Shown here piece after piece: positions 13,309 through 27,469 of a stretch of DNA of 64,000 nt. This stretch comes from Psilocybe cubensis (Eukaryota). Each line of letters opens with the position of its first letter. Within the stretch, counting starts at the first letter, position 1. The position numbers and the translations under genes were made by a program. The DNA lies in the NCBI GenBank assembly GCA_017499595.2, contig CM039010.1, forward strand, positions 1,922,001-1,986,000. The letters are read 5' to 3'. Under the pieces are notes generated by a model, which saw only the letters and a list, made by a program, of their open reading frames with translations, made no database searches and was not told the DNA's origin.

Positions 13309-16300
13309 ATGAGACCATACAACAGACCTGCCACTCTAGGAACGCGTGTACGCAGAAACGTTAAGGATCTTTCACCCGAGGAATGGGGAAAGTTTGTGAA
13401 TGCGCTCAGGATCATGAAGACGCGTACGCGGCCTGGAGGCGTTGTTTCCATTTACGACGAGTTTACAGCGTTGCATATGGGAGCGGTTGAGATGAACAGA
13501 AATTGGCGGAGGTCGCATGGTCACTTGGAGAGCATAGATTCGTCGGGGGATGGACCTGCTGATCCTGCGCATGATAATCCCGGGTGAGCCACCCTCTTCG
13601 CCTTCGATTTGACGCGCATATATGCGTGTCCACTAACTACTTGGTAGGTTCTTGCCATGGCATCGTCAATTTCTTCTCGAGTTTGAGGCTGCGCTCCAGG
13701 CAATCGACCCTTCTGTTACTCTTCCCTAGTACGAAAAAACTTACAAGTCCGTTTCTGATATTTTGAATGATGTTTTTAGCTGGGACTGGACAGATCACGA
13801 TTTCGCCCAAAAGTTGTTTTCACCTGCCATGGTGGGAAGCAATGGAGGACACAATCAGACAGGAGGCGCCGTGATAAATGGGCCATTTTCGCTGGAGGAA
13901 GGATGGGCATGTACCCCAGCGCTGCACAGGCCCTCCTGGTTTCGACCCATGGCCGCCAAGGCTCGAGATGAGACGGTAAGTCAAGGTAAAAAGCATAAAG
14001 ATGTCCAACAGCCTTCCTTGGGACGCTCTATCATCAGATATTTGGGCGACCGCGAAGACCTTGCGACCATTGCGGACGTGATCGAATTTACGAAAAGAAA
14101 GGCCGTATTCGGACCTACAAAGTTGATTCTGCGTAGTGGCATTACAACAGTCGCAGATAACACCCAGGATGTTTCGTCGATGGGACCGCTACCGCGAGGA
14201 ACTATTTACATAGGGGATTCTCTCCCGGCTTCTGTCCTCCAGTCTGCATTAGCGGGATCTGACACGAGCTTTGGCAGTCAAGATTCTTGGGACACTTTAG
14301 AAGACGCCTCCGAGGTACCAAGAAAGATACATCTAACCCCTCGTGAGTCGGCGTCTAGATGAAGGCATACGTCGACTGAGTCAATTTTCCCAGGTGAACT
14401 GACTCCTGGATTTCGATGGTCAGTTGAAGGGGGGCCGCATATGCACAACCGTAACGGAGATTCTAACCCCATATACGCATATATTTGACATTTTTCACTT
14501 GCAGAAACGCACGACTGGTTTGGTTTCCATACGACCATCCTGCAGGACGACCAGATTGTCGGGGCATCGACTATACCCGTCGTAGCCTGTTCAACGGCAG
14601 ATCCCATTTTCTTTCTGCACCATTGTAATGTTGATCGGCTCTGGGCAGAATGGCAGGATTCTGGGCATTACGGACCCACGTAAGGGACCACATTTATAGT
14701 GGTACGAGAGACTGATCGAGGGTATTAGCTTTTATCCAGACGTTGGAGACCCTTTGTGGTTGTATGCAGACATGAAATCCGTGGTCGAAGATAAGCCTCT
14801 GCGAAGATATGTATATCCGAGGGGTCATAACTTGAACGAGTACGTGGTTGTGTATAAGAGCAATTGACATGGACCGAAACTTTGCAGTGAAATGTGGCCA
14901 TGGAACAACGAAAAGATCCGCACACAGCCCGACATACAGAAAATGATACCATATTTCCCATACACAATAACGCCCAAAGATACCCTTGATTATAGGCAAG
15001 TCTCGGGAAAGAATGTATTGTTGTCGTCCGCTGATCTTTGAGTTAAGGTTGATGGGCTATAGTTACGACACTAGCACCCAACTTTCCGTGAACTCTGTGA
15101 CGCCCGTTCTTGTTCATTTGCCAGCAAGCAAGAATGAGAGAACGCATCAAGTGTTCCCGGTAGACATCCAACGAAGAAACAGGTACTTGGTTGCGGCAAA
15201 AAATACTGGCGAGGATCACGCGCATCTTGAGATACAGGTATACGCGGAGTATGAAAGAATGTTTGAGCACAACTTCATGGAACAAGGATTTCGAGGAGAA
15301 AGTATTAACCCGGAACCAGAGAAAGATGAAACAAACGCATCAACAAGTGGTGTATGGTGCCTCGAGAGGGGGCGCTACTACGTTGTGGTATCGGCCATTG
15401 TAGTGAAAGAAGGAAAGAACGTCAAAGAAAACGCCTCTATCTCTGCAAAATACGAGATTGGGGTTGCGACATCGCTTGACTTTGAGATGCCAGATGTACC
15501 GATTCAGCCAGGCGTCATTGCGAACCCACAAGTTCCCCAAGAAAGCTGTGTCTATATCGCGAACCGTCGATATGCACCTATAAAGTTGGAGGTGGGACGA
15601 CCGCAATTCAGGTTAACGCAAATGAAAGGTACGCATGAGTTATTTGGGATCAACGTATACCAGAGTGCGGGGCTAGTTGATGTTCAATTCGAGGTCTGTG
15701 TTGTTACGTTTTCACCTCTCCAGCAATCCCAATGACCTTTTCAGGGTATGGATGCCCTAGTGCAACTGTATGGGCCATTCGACCTCGACAACGACAAACT
15801 TCCGCACTTCGACATCGACGGGAAACCAATTGAGGGAGAGACGCTGACACAACTGAGCTCGCGAGTGCAGATTGCTTCTAGTGAAGGTTGCTGCAAAAGA
15901 GTGGGGTCTGGGATTTCCAGCCTGGTAACACCCGGCAGATATATCGTCCTCGTCTTCCATTGTTCGATCGGCCACAACGAACACCAGGTCTACAAGGTCA
16001 GCTATAGATTTGACTCCGCGGCGAAGGTGAGAGAACTCGAGCTGGGACGCATGAGTGTTGCAATGCCTGGCAGCGGCCGAGCAGTGAACGAACTGTATCG
16101 CGTTGCGGGGAAGAACGGCATGCCTCTTGTGACCCAAAGAGGAGAAATATACAAGACCAGCGTGGTGGCAGATGACGCGAAGACGCAAACCCAGATCCGT
16201 GTTGCAGTGTTTTCATACTCTTCCGGCGATATTCTTGGAAAAGAAGAGTGCGACAGAGAGCGCTACGTGTCCTACAACGAAGCCTTCTGGGGCGACGACA

Positions 16301-16458
16301 CTATTACATTTAGTGTCGATGAGGACCAGGTGAGCCGAGCAATTAGCTCTGGATCAAATCCAACATTGACAATTGGCTGGCAGTTGCTGTTTGTGCGAGT
16401 AACGATTTTGAATGGCATCAGTTCAACGAAAATAAAAACATCAATCCGCCGCATCTGA
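13309..16458 (+). CDS. Tyrosinase (type-3 copper protein) with long C-terminal extension (multi-exon)
   Basis: CuA region [45 protein letters not shown]. CuB region [30 protein letters not shown]. Downstream co-oriented exons run to TGA 16458. Confidence 0.88.
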
Positions 16459-16602
16459 TTGGCTCGCCGAAATAGCACCCCTCCGATTGGTCAGCTCTCC
16501 GTTACTAATCCCGGGCCGTTCCCGTGACGTCACGACATTGTATAGAGAATAAATATTTGCCAGTTTACTCGATCTTTTTCATCTTCTCCTCGTTTCCCTG
16601 CC

Positions 16603-17703
16603 ATGTCCACCAATTCAGCGATACCCACGCCATCCACCCCCTCCGTGGTTCCCCTTCCACAACGCCAGGAGATCCCTGTAAAACACAAGAAACCTCCGGT
16701 GTGGCCCATTGAGGCTGCCGAACCGGGTGTAGAGCCACCTCCCGCATCAAAGTGTGCGCGAAACGCCCGCGAAGATGGCATTTGCTGCAAAGAGCTCATC
16801 AAGGAAGAACGTACTTTGATAGATCCAGATGTAGTTCGCGATGTGTATGTTCAGTATTCCCTCCTCGTGTTTGCTTTCTTATTGATCGGTTCTGGTTATC
16901 TAGCGTCATTGGCCTTTCAGATGGCTTGACCGTTCCTTTTGCTCTCACAGCTGGACTGTCTTCCCTGGGCGAATCGAAGCTTGTGGTGCTAGGCGGTATC
17001 GCTGAACTGATTGCTGGTGCCATTTCAATGGGTATCGGCGGCTTCCTCGCCTCTCAGTCGGAACGTGACCACTATCGTTATCTCCAGCATCATACCGCTG
17101 AGCGAGTTCGCCATAGTTGTGCGGGCGAGATGGAGCGCGAGGTTACCGAGGTCCTGGGGCCCATTGGTGTTGACGACAAGACGTGTTACGCCGTTGCGCG
17201 GTGCCTAAGAGAAGCCGAGGGGGAGGAGCTAGGGCAGAGTTACCTAACAGGAGGAGCAGGCGTAGATGTCGAAAACTCAAAATTGAGATGGAGCAAAGAC
17301 GTTGGCCTAACAGCGTTCCTGCTCAAGTTCGGCCAGGGACTAGGTACATTTGCAATTCGGATTTCAATTTGAATCATCTCTAACCCTGCTATTAACAGAG
17401 GAGATCCCCGACAGACGGATGTACGTGTCGGCTTTCACCATTGGTATGGGATACCTCATCGGTGGCATCATCCCCTTGCTGCCCTACTTCTTCATCCCGA
17501 GAGCACATATCGCTCTCATCTACTCCTCTATCATCACCGGCGTGATTCTGCTCATCTTTGGTGCCGTCAAAGCGCGTGTGACTGGCGCGGCGCAAAATCC
17601 CGCCGGATACGTTTGGGGCGCATTCAGCACGCTCATGGTCGGTGGCATTGCTGCCGCTGCGGCCTTTGGTATCGTCAGGGCTCTGGAAGGGGGCGGAGAT
17701 TAG
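16603..17703 (+). CDS. CCC1: Vacuolar Fe/Mn transporter, VIT1/CCC1 family (3 exons)
   Basis: VRDV/IGLSDGLTVPFALTAGL, GIAELIAGAISMGIGGFL, GYLIGGIIPLLPYFF. Confidence 0.93.
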
Positions 17704-18173
17704 AGTGGGGATTTTTCATGCCCGCCCGCCCCTTTCATTCTCATCTTTTTTCGTTTTTTGGATTACTTTCTTCTCCCTAGTTGTTTGTACCTTTTGTAAT
17801 CCCCTCGTTTGTATCGTTTCACAGTTTTGCATATCATGTAGTATTACCCCTTCCCCCTCCTTTCATATATCTTACTTCGCTCCCTAGTTGCACCTTGCAA
17901 GAACATTTCTCCGGATCAAAAATGACGTGGAAACACGGTGGTGTGACAGATTGAGTTGAGCAAAGCAACAAGTGTGCGACAAGTACAGGAAACGACTGAA
18001 GAACGCCACAAGGTGAAATGAGATGACGTAAGCTGATTGGTCATGAGACTTACTTTACTTGGTCAACACAATCGCTCGAATTTGAAAAAATCTTGAATTC
18101 CTGAATGCTCGTTCCTCCTGTCGACGGGAGAGAAAAACAAATTCAAGATGAATTTTGGACTTAGTAAAATAAA

Positions 18174-18280
18174 CTGCCCCGGAGAGACTCGAACTCTCGA
18201 TCTTCCGATGGTTCATGATTGATATTATTGAACATCATATCTTAACAGTCGGACGCCGTAACCAACTAAGCCACGGGGCA
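18174..18280 (-). tRNA. tRNA-Asn(GTT) with 33-nt intron
   Basis: Minus strand reads TGCCCCGTGGCTTAGTTGGTTACGGCGTCCGACTGTTA-[intron]-ATCGGAAGATCGAGAGTTCGAGTCTCTCCGGGGCAG. Mature length 74 nt. Confidence 0.93.
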
Positions 18281-18798
18281 CATGTTTTGTGTTCAGCATT
18301 TAGGGTTGACGATGACCTTGATCAGCAGCAAGGCCTCCGACGTATGGTCCTCCATCTCAAGCAATCAATCCAAATCCTGCAAACCCCCCTCCGACTGGGC
18401 CGACCTCAAGAGCTACTCATCCGAATGATTCAACTCCTCCTCAAACTGGGCCAAATTCGCAAGCTATCGACCCAAATGTTGTAGACACCAAGGCTCTGCC
18501 ATCTGTGCCAATATCCATTGGCGTTTTAGATAAACAACAATCGATTTCGGAAATGCATGTAATTCGTGACGATAGCAGTAAAGTAGCAATACATTAGCAG
18601 TAATGAAAATGGTAGTTGTAGAGAGCTAAATTCAAGGTGCTATGTGCGCGAGTCCCTAAGTTTCCGTATAACGTCAACTCGCATCTACTGATAATAGAAT
18701 AATAAAATGGCAGAAAAATCCAATCATTAGGGTTGGCGTCCAGTGTAAGATCTGGTACGAGGCCCGGGATACACCAAGCAGCGCTAGAAACCAGGCAG

Positions 18799-21044
18799 TT
18801 ATGCATCCTCCTCACAATCTTCACCCCCATCTTCATCTTCGTCTTCTTCGTCACTTTCATCATCACCATCGCTTTCATCATCCTCACTAACTGCCCACCC
18901 AAGTGCGTCTAACAGGTCTTCAGTGTCTCTCTTGTACCTGAATGAATCTTTGAATGGGTCATATTCACCATTGTCGAAATCGATTATGAAAACATCACCG
19001 GCATCGTTCATCATCAAATTGTCAATCCTAAGATCTTGGTGAACTACGTGTGCATTATGGATACCTTCCAGGACCTCGACAAAGGCGTTGCTAAAAGTTG
19101 AAGGAGTCAGAGATTAAGTGGATATTTTGTTTAAAGAAATCTGTACCATTCTTCTTCTGTCGTCTCAACTGAGTCATCCCAATCATAATGAATCTTGAGA
19201 TTTTTCTCGATCGCACGCGTTCTAAGCGACTTCCCTGCATCCTCCATGATGAGGAGCATTGCATCGCTTTCCATGTCGTGAAATAAACCGTGGACGCCAA
19301 CGATCCCGTATGTGACATCAGCTTCAGCCAACCGTTTATACATTTCGTATTCTCGGATAATTTGATCTTTTTTAAGACCAATGGCAAGCTTGAGAATGAG
19401 AGGGCGCTGATGTTTGGATCCATCATTCATTTCAATTTCGACGGTGACTCTGTATATCAAGCCCATTGCCCCATGCCCAATGTCGTCTTGATGTGCGGTC
19501 ACCAAGATATAACTTTCCGGAGGATAGGATGGTTTGCGTTTAAAATGGTATGATTGGTTTTGGAACGGTCGTGATACACACGACGGTTCCATACGTTGAA
19601 ATGAAGACGGCGCTGGTGAACACAACATCTCAAAGTTTAGGTAGAAAAGAAGTAAATCGCGCTTGGCTAACTCATCATTGAAAGTCTAGAAGATTTAAAT
19701 GAGCCCAAATATATGTGGTACGATAGGTGATGAAACCAGCCTTTTTATCTATTTCATGCGTAGTTATTTCCAGCTCGGGATCTAACCTCCTCCGTTGCCT
19801 TCTCGTTGCCTTGTCCTTCACAGTGTTATAAGAAACGGGATCCTGAGGAGGAGTTTTACGTTTTGAAGAATGTTTGTTGGATGATTCCTTTTGGTCCAAC
19901 ATAGCTAATCGATCCTTCAAGGCAGCGATAGTGAGGCCAAGATGCATTTGCCGGTAACCGGGCATCCGCATTGGATCAATCAGGTCCGAGAGGTACAAAG
20001 TCTGACTTTGACGGTGTCGAATAGCAACTCTCTCTTTTTTGCCGCAGGTAAACACAATGAATGTGACATCACAGTCCACTGCATCCACCCATGCCTATGC
20101 ACAGGAATAAGAATTCGATAATAAACACGGAAAAGAATTACCTTTTGTATGTAATGCTGGGCATTAATCCTGTACCTTGATTCACCCTTTTCATTGCTTT
20201 TCATTGGAGCTATAACCTTTCGTTTCGTTCCGGGAGGCTTTGTGGACGCGAGTGTTGAGCGGGGATTTGATGTATCTATAGAAGGAAAGAGGGAGTGGAT
20301 GATAGGAGAGTCCATGCACGGAGGCGAGGTAGGTAACGCAGGAGCGCCTGTTACCGTTGGCATTTCCCATTTGAATGCTCCCCAGCGGTTCATCTTGTTC
20401 AGTAGCGCCTCCGCAGACTTGGCCTTGATGAAAAATTCGTAATTAAAAATGCTCTTCAAACCTCTAAGCTTGTCAATCTTCGATAAGGTGTCACTGTCCA
20501 GCGTTGACCGTGTTTCGGGCGGAATTTCTAATTCTCTGTCACCATTGTCCTTCTTTTTAGGTTTGATCATAGAAATCTCTCCATCGCAACGGAAAGACTT
20601 TTGGGGCGTATAAGATCTGTTTACGCGTGGAACAAGAAAAGAGAACCATACTGGATCATTCGGGCTGAAGAGCAACTTTGAAGCATAAGCATTGCACGGC
20701 ACGCTTATGCGATCGAAGTGGCAGTCTGCTACGCCAACACAATCATTGTCGTATGTTTTCTCGCGAAAATGTTTCCAGTAGTTGCGATTTTTATCAAATT
20801 TATGCCCCGCCGATGTAAACTCCGTGATGGTGTCCTCGCAAATTTTTGAAAGCTCCTTCGTAATCCAAGGCGCATGCCTGATGTTCTTTAGCAGCAAAGA
20901 AGGTGAAAGGTGTCTGTCGTAGAGATTGAGAGGATTACTGGGCTCAGGATTGTCGCGGTAGTCCGGAAATGGCTCTTCAAACTTGTAACCTGATTCCAAA
21001 AATCGAAGGAGAACAGGGGCAAAAGGATCGTCGTTTTGTATCAT
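18799..21044 (-). CDS. Atypical protein kinase-like protein, copy A (large N-terminal domain, kinase, acidic tail; 4 exons)
   Basis: DIGHGAMGLIYRV, LILKLA, EYEMY, HQDLRIDNLM, IIDFD, and a D/E-rich tail. Confidence 0.85.
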
Positions 21045-21357
21045 AGTTTATGGTAATAGCTTGTTTGATTCGTTGGAAACAGCGAAGAGAGAATTGGGAG
21101 CTCTGCTGAAAAGGCAGAGGTCGTACTAAAGCTGAACGGCGTTGACGGTTGAACATGAACGTTGAACGTCCGACTCAGAAATTGTCCTGAGCGCTAATGT
21201 TAATGACTCAATAGCACGTGATTCAGGCAACGAGCGTGCCAACAAATGCCTTTTTGCCATGACTAGCTTCTTCCCTTGCTCTTCCGTACTAATAGAGCAG
21301 AATGCAAACAGAATTTAAATCAATAATATGCGAGAAGCTGGCCGGTGAGTTTACATA

Positions 21358-22768
21358 TCATGAAAACTTGCTTGCATCCACATGCAGCAAGTCCATGATG
21401 GCCTCTAGACCTTTGTTGCCCCCTAGTCTCGATATTTCTGCTCTAGTTTGAGCTTCAAGGTTCGCCATCACAGATAGCGTGTAGTCAAATGACTTGGTGA
21501 CATTCTTGAGATAGCTGATGGTGTGGATCTTCAATGTCGGCGTTGTGGGCCGTTTTTGGAGCACGTCTAAATGAATTTTGCGTTAATATTGCTGTACATG
21601 ATAGATAGAGACTTCATAATGAGGAAAATACTAACTGAGTACTTGGCGATTCGACTTGTCCGCATGGATTCCATGAACAACTGGAAAGGAGAACTTTCCT
21701 TCTGACAAGTCTTCGGCGAAACCCTTGTTTGACGTGTACTATTTAAATGTGAGAGTCAGAGGACAGATGGATAGAATCGGTTTTGTCAGGCACTGCTTTA
21801 CCTCTGTGCTCTGCAGGTTCATTAAATCGTCGCGGATTTGGAAGTAAACTCCTATTAGATTGACCAGGGGCACATAGTCACTGTCCACGAGTTAAATGTA
21901 TTCAGGGAGAGAAATGCGAGATACTCACACATCCACGTTCGTCGTGCAGCATGCCATCATGAGTTTAATCCCTATACGGAGTAGGCCACCGGTTTCTGGA
22001 GAGACATCTAGCTTAATTGAGTTGGTACCATGATTGAGACGCACTGTTGTTGACCATTCTGACATACTCTTCCTCGGAGGGACATTGGAGCGAGTCACGC
22101 CAAAGTATCTCCAAACCTTGTCCGCGATGCAGCGATAGCAGTTCCGCTTGAGAGGCATAATTAATTAGACAACAGTGGACCAGAAAGTAAACTCACTAGT
22201 AACCAACGCATCAAGAGGTTGTCGAGGTGGATCTGAAGTCTCGGATCCGCGAAGGGCAAAGAGTTCTTGATAGGCTAGAAAGTACACGTAGTTGGCTGTA
22301 TTGATTGTCTGAGGGATGCCATAGATCTTGTGTGTCACTACAGGTCTGTTAGCACAACGAAAGACGCCAAACGCGTAGATATTGCGTACCGGGTGTCCCT
22401 CTTCTCAATTGGGAGTCATCCTCTATATCATCGACCCTGTCCAGGACGTTTAACGACAGTAACCGTAGCACAATATGTCCAACTATACATGAGACTGGCT
22501 GCGTGGAGCATGTTTACGATTTTGGCAATGACTTGCAGTTTGTCGCTGGGGACTTTTAGCCATATGTTGAATGCCTCGATGAGTTTCCCGCGTATTTCTT
22601 TGCCTGGATTAGAGGTAATGTATGTAAACGGTTCTAGTATGGCCTGTAAAGTGGCAGGTCAGTGCTCCGCGCTGTGGAATGTCTGTTTCGGAATCGCACC
22701 TGTTCATTCTCTAGCGACCAGACTGGCTCCTTAGAGAGCACATCTAAGATATTATCATAATAAGACAT
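21358..22768 (-). CDS. Geranylgeranyl pyrophosphate synthase, BTS1-like, copy 1 (multi-exon)
   Basis: [66 protein letters not shown]. Confidence 0.92.
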
Positions 22769-23442
22769 TACAGATATTGTGAGGGGTAGCGAAAGAGTGA
22801 GGATTGTTGTTAGGAGTCATGTTGGACGTCAGAGTCTGCGCTGTACCAGGATCGCAGTCACGACCATGCGACTCTGCCCGTGACGATTACATACCACAAA
22901 CAAAAGTTTTTTCCAATCTTCATCAACCTTGACTTCCATCATGAACATTCCACTTTTCTTTCGCTCTCATAATTTCTTCACCTATTGACCAGCAATATCA
23001 AGGATCGACGCGTTCTGCAACGCGAGGGCGAACTCGCAACACTGCTTTTCCATTGGTTCATCGCGTGTGCATTCAGATCTCGCTTTCTGTGGACTCGCCG
23101 TGTAGGACGATGAATGCTCTCTTCATTTATCCGATGGTCTGAGGTTTAGTGGTGTTCAAGTCAATTCATGTGGCTATCTCCTCATGCTCCGTCCAATGAA
23201 ACGATGTCGCGAAATGCGGGACGCGAAACGCCTTGATGAACGTACAAGAGCTCCTTGGAGGATATCAGTCCTTGGAGGGTATCAGCTCTAGCTAGTAGCC
23301 AGTCAGCGATCTCCATTTCCTATCTTTTGAACAACCCTGGATCACCGAGCTGCTGTGGTTCCATCTCTGCCCAAAGCCCATCCAAGGTCTATACTCAGGT
23401 CTACGAATCGAGCTTACCGGCTAATATGTTCTCACTTGTGGT

Positions 23443-23917
23443 TGCACCGTCATCCCCGTGGCCGATCGCGAGCGCCGATCGAGCAGGAAGAGGCGCGTCG
23501 ACCTTGGTGGTTTGTGCATTCTTACCTGCACCTATCGCAGGCAAATACGATCCGCCTGTCCAAGGCAACAGTTTAGGTGCTTGCATTTTGTGGAAAGATG
23601 ACTCGCCTTTTACCTATGGTCGACTCGTTTGGATCGAAGTAAAAAAGATGTTGTATATTGTGACTCCCATAGGAACGTCTTCGTCAATGACCATGGTGAC
23701 TGGCTTCGGTTAGGACATTCTCCCCATCCGTTTTGAACACTCGGTCGAATTCTTCGGTCATCGTGGCTGAGAGTTTGTAGAGCTCCATATGCACGCCATC
23801 GAACTGGCACGGTGGCTTCCGAGAAAGGTTGTAGTAGAAGTGACGTGATGCTTTCACGATTGCGCGAATGGTTGTAACATCATCAAGGTCGACGTCTTGC
23901 CGCATGAGAGAGCCAAT
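23443..23917 (-). pseudogene. Partial copy of the metacaspase C-terminal region
   Basis: IGSLMRQDVDLDDVTTIRAIVKAS..HMELYKLSATMTEEFD and GGSYLPAIGAGKNAQTTKVDAPLP match 27700-28190, with deletions and frameshifts. Confidence 0.85.
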
Positions 23918-24315
23918 CCAAAAGTTTGCCAAAGCAGTCATGCTTCGTAGGGAGCAAAATAATCGTACCGTCAGCCATGGTGCGGATGATATGGAAGAAG
24001 GCGAACATTCAAACACCCACCCTGAGCTCGGTTGATTCGTTTGCTCAATCCCCCTCAGGTACCATTTAAAGCTTCGAACAACGCATCACGCCCGACAACA
24101 TCGCGAATGCCTAGCTTTTGTTATCTACATCGGATTTACAACAGTAACAATCAATGGAAATATGTTATACTTATAGCTACTTTGAAGGCCCTGGCTCCAG
24201 TTTTTATTCCTCCGTTAATGATAGTAAAATAAGTTTAATCCTCAGTGCTGACATTAGCGCCCAATGAGTACTGAATCCGGTAGAAGATTGTATCAAGCCT
24301 GAAAAAACCAACACA

Positions 24316-26561
24316 TTACGCTTGGCCGTCACCATCATCTTCATCTTCATCTTCATCTTCATCTTCATCTTCATCTTCATCCGATTCACTTGTGTCGTCG
24401 TCGCTATCTAGCCACCCAATTGTAGTCAATAGTTCTGCCATATCCTCTTCGTACTCGAATGACTCATGGAGGGGGTCATATCTACCATTATCGAAATCGA
24501 TTATGAAAACATCGCCAGCATCATTAATCATCAAGTTGTCAATCCTAATATCTCGATGGATTACGTGCGCATGGTGGATGCCTTTTAGAGCCTTGGTAAA
24601 GGCATCCCTGGAAAAGAGTCAGAAATGAATGCATACTGGGTTGAAGAGATATGTACCGTTCTTTCTCCGTCGTCTCAACTGAATCATCCCAATCATAATG
24701 AATCTTTAAATTTTTTTCAATGGCGCGAGTTCTCAGCGACACCCCTCCATCGTCCATGATCATCATCAAAGCATCGGTTTCCATATCGTGAAATAGGCCG
24801 TGGACGCCAACAATTCCACACGTAGCATTAGCTTCGGCCAACCGTTTGTAGATCTCGTATTCTTGAATGATTTGATCCTTTTTGTCACCAATAGCAAGCT
24901 TGAGAATGAGTGTGCGCTGATGTTTTGACCCGTCCTCTATTTCAATCTCGGCCGTGACTCTGTATACCAATCCTACTGCTCCACTCCCAATATCATCCTG
25001 GTATGTAGTCGCCAAGATATATTTTGCTGGTGAATATGACGCTTTGCGTTTGAAATGGTATGGATGGTTTTGGAAGGGACGCGATGCGCATGAAGGTTCC
25101 ATACGTCGAAATGAAGACGGTGCTGGTGAACTCATGTAGGAGTAATTGAGATAGAAAAGCACCAAGTCCCGCTTGGCTAGCTCATCGTCGAATGCCTAAA
25201 AATTTGCCATTGGCAAGAGGTGATACTCGCAAGAAAACGCAGCAGACCTTTTTATCCATTTCCACAGAAGTAAGCCCCAATTCGGGATTTAATCGCCTTC
25301 GCTTCCTTCTTGTCGCCTTGTCCTTCATACTGTTATAAATATTTGAATACCCTGGAGGGTCTTTACGTTTTGAAGGACGCCGGTTTTCAACTTCTATGGG
25401 ATCCCACCTTTCTAATCGATCCTTGATGGCGGCGATTGTAAGGCCAAGATGTATCTTTCGATAACCAGGTATTTTTGTGGGATCAATCAAATCCGACAAA
25501 AACAGAGTCTGGCTTTGACGATGTCGAATGGCAATTCTCTCCTGTCTGCCACAGGAAAAAACAATAAACGTCGCATCTGTGTGCACTGCATTTTGCCACG
25601 CCTGGCCAAAACATAAGAATAATGTTATGATCGATGCGGTAAAACTTACCTTTTGGATGTAATGGTGGACATTGATCCTATATTCTGCCTCGGCTCTTCG
25701 AGTATTTGTCAGTGGAGCTACAACCTTGCGGGTGTGGGCAGACTTTCTAGAGGAAGTTCCCATGTGTATGGGCAAAGGACGAAGGGGCTCCACACCTAGA
25801 AGCGGAAAAAGAGACTGAATAAAAGACGAGTCTTTCCCAGGGAGCGAGGCAGGCAACACCGGAGCGCCTGTGACTGTAGGCATTTCCCACTTGAATTCTC
25901 CCCAGCAACTCATCTTGTCTAGTAAAGCCTCCGCCGTTTTGGTCGCAACAAAAAATTCGTAATTAAAAATATTGCCCATGTCCCTGAGCTTGTTGACGTT
26001 TGATAATGCGCGATTGTCCAGCGTCGACCGAGTTTCGGGTGGAATTTTGAATTGTCTGTCGCCTGTATCCTCCCCTTCAGGTTTGATTATGGCAATATCA
26101 CCAAAGCAGTAAAAAGAACGACGGGCTATTTCAGATCCGCTTAGACGTGCATTAATAAAGGAAAACCAGAATGGGTCATTCGGGCTGAAGAGCAACTTTG
26201 AGGCATAAGCATTGCAGGGGACGCTGGTGCGATCATAGTGGCGTTTTGCTATGTCAGCGCAATAGCTGACGTACTCAGAAGGCCGGCGAAATATTTCCCA
26301 ATAATTGCGATTTTCAATAAATTTGTGCCCTGCCGCAGTGAAGTCCTCGATGGTGTCCTCGCAAAGATTGGAAAGCTCTTTCATAATCCAAGGCGCATGC
26401 TTGACGTTTTTTAGCAGCAGAGCAGAAGCGATATGTCTGTCATGGAATATAAGAGGATTCTCGGGATCAGGATTATAGGAGTTATATGATGGAAAAGGCT
26501 CATAACCTGATTCCAAAAATCGTCGGAGAACAGGTATGAAAGGATCGTCAGTTCGAATCAT
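24316..26561 (-). CDS. Atypical protein kinase-like protein, copy B (4 exons)
   Basis: MIRTDDPFIPVLRRF start, DIGSGAVGLVYRV, LILKLA, HRDIRIDNLM, IIDFD, (ED)n tail. Confidence 0.87.
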
Positions 26562-27469
26562 GATTTTAAATAACTGGGTGGGGTGGCTCTTGTAAAAATT
26601 GGTAGAATATTATCGAGATACCAGAGTCTGCCAGGTAAACATGTCAAGCAAAAGGATTCCTTTGTAGATGTAGAGCAGGAATCGACAGCAGGCCATTTGG
26701 TGCCAAACTGAACATACACGTGATATGTCGTAGCCTTATCAACTCTTATCAACCACCAGTCAGATCGGTATTTGTCGCCTGCGGTTGACTTTTTTAAACC
26801 CACATGTAGGGAAGCGCCCACAATGTTAGTGCAAAAAAACATTGCGCTGAATTTTCCCAAAACAGGGGCAGGTACAGGCTAATTTTTTTTTAAATCTCCG
26901 ATAGTCTGAAGTTTAGTGGTTTTCAAGTCAAACCATGTGGTCATCTCCTCGATGCTCTGTCCGATGAACGGTTTCGCGAAATGCGAGACGCGAAACTCAT
27001 TGATGATGTACAAGAGGTCATTGGAGGATATCAGTACTATCCAGTCAGCGGTCTTCGTCTCATGTCGTTTGAACAACTCTGAATCTCCGGGCTGCTATGG
27101 TTCCATCTGCGAAAAATCCTCATGCAAGGTCTATATTCAGGTGTATGAGTCGACAGCGGACCGAAGGAGACCTTTGCCGTGCGGAATATCGCACAGCAAT
27201 ACCGTGGGCTTTCCCATCTTCTTATTAGGTATTGATGGTAATAATGGGATCTTAGTGAGTCTTCAGATCTATGAATGGTCGCTGACATTTTCCTACTGGA
27301 GTTACGACAATGCTTCTTTTTGCTCTCCTTACCAGGCAACTTGTATGACCACGGGTGCGAATTCAGGAATCTTACCGGCTAACATGTTCTCACTTGTAGA
27401 ATTTTCCTTCGGGGTTGGATAGGATGAACAAGTCGGCAAAAAACTCGCATCTAAATTTATTAACTCTAA

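Larger units (their letters stand above)
21358..27420. repeat. Left arm of large inverted segmental duplication (partner about 57480-63356)
   Basis: GGPPS, metacaspase remnant, kinase B and intergenic sequences recur in reverse complement with high identity. Boundaries are approximate. Confidence 0.9.

Noticed and set aside
14360-14362. Premature stop in tyrosinase
   Set aside because: It lies within a 51-nt GTGAGT..CAG intron (14343-14393) whose removal keeps the frame.
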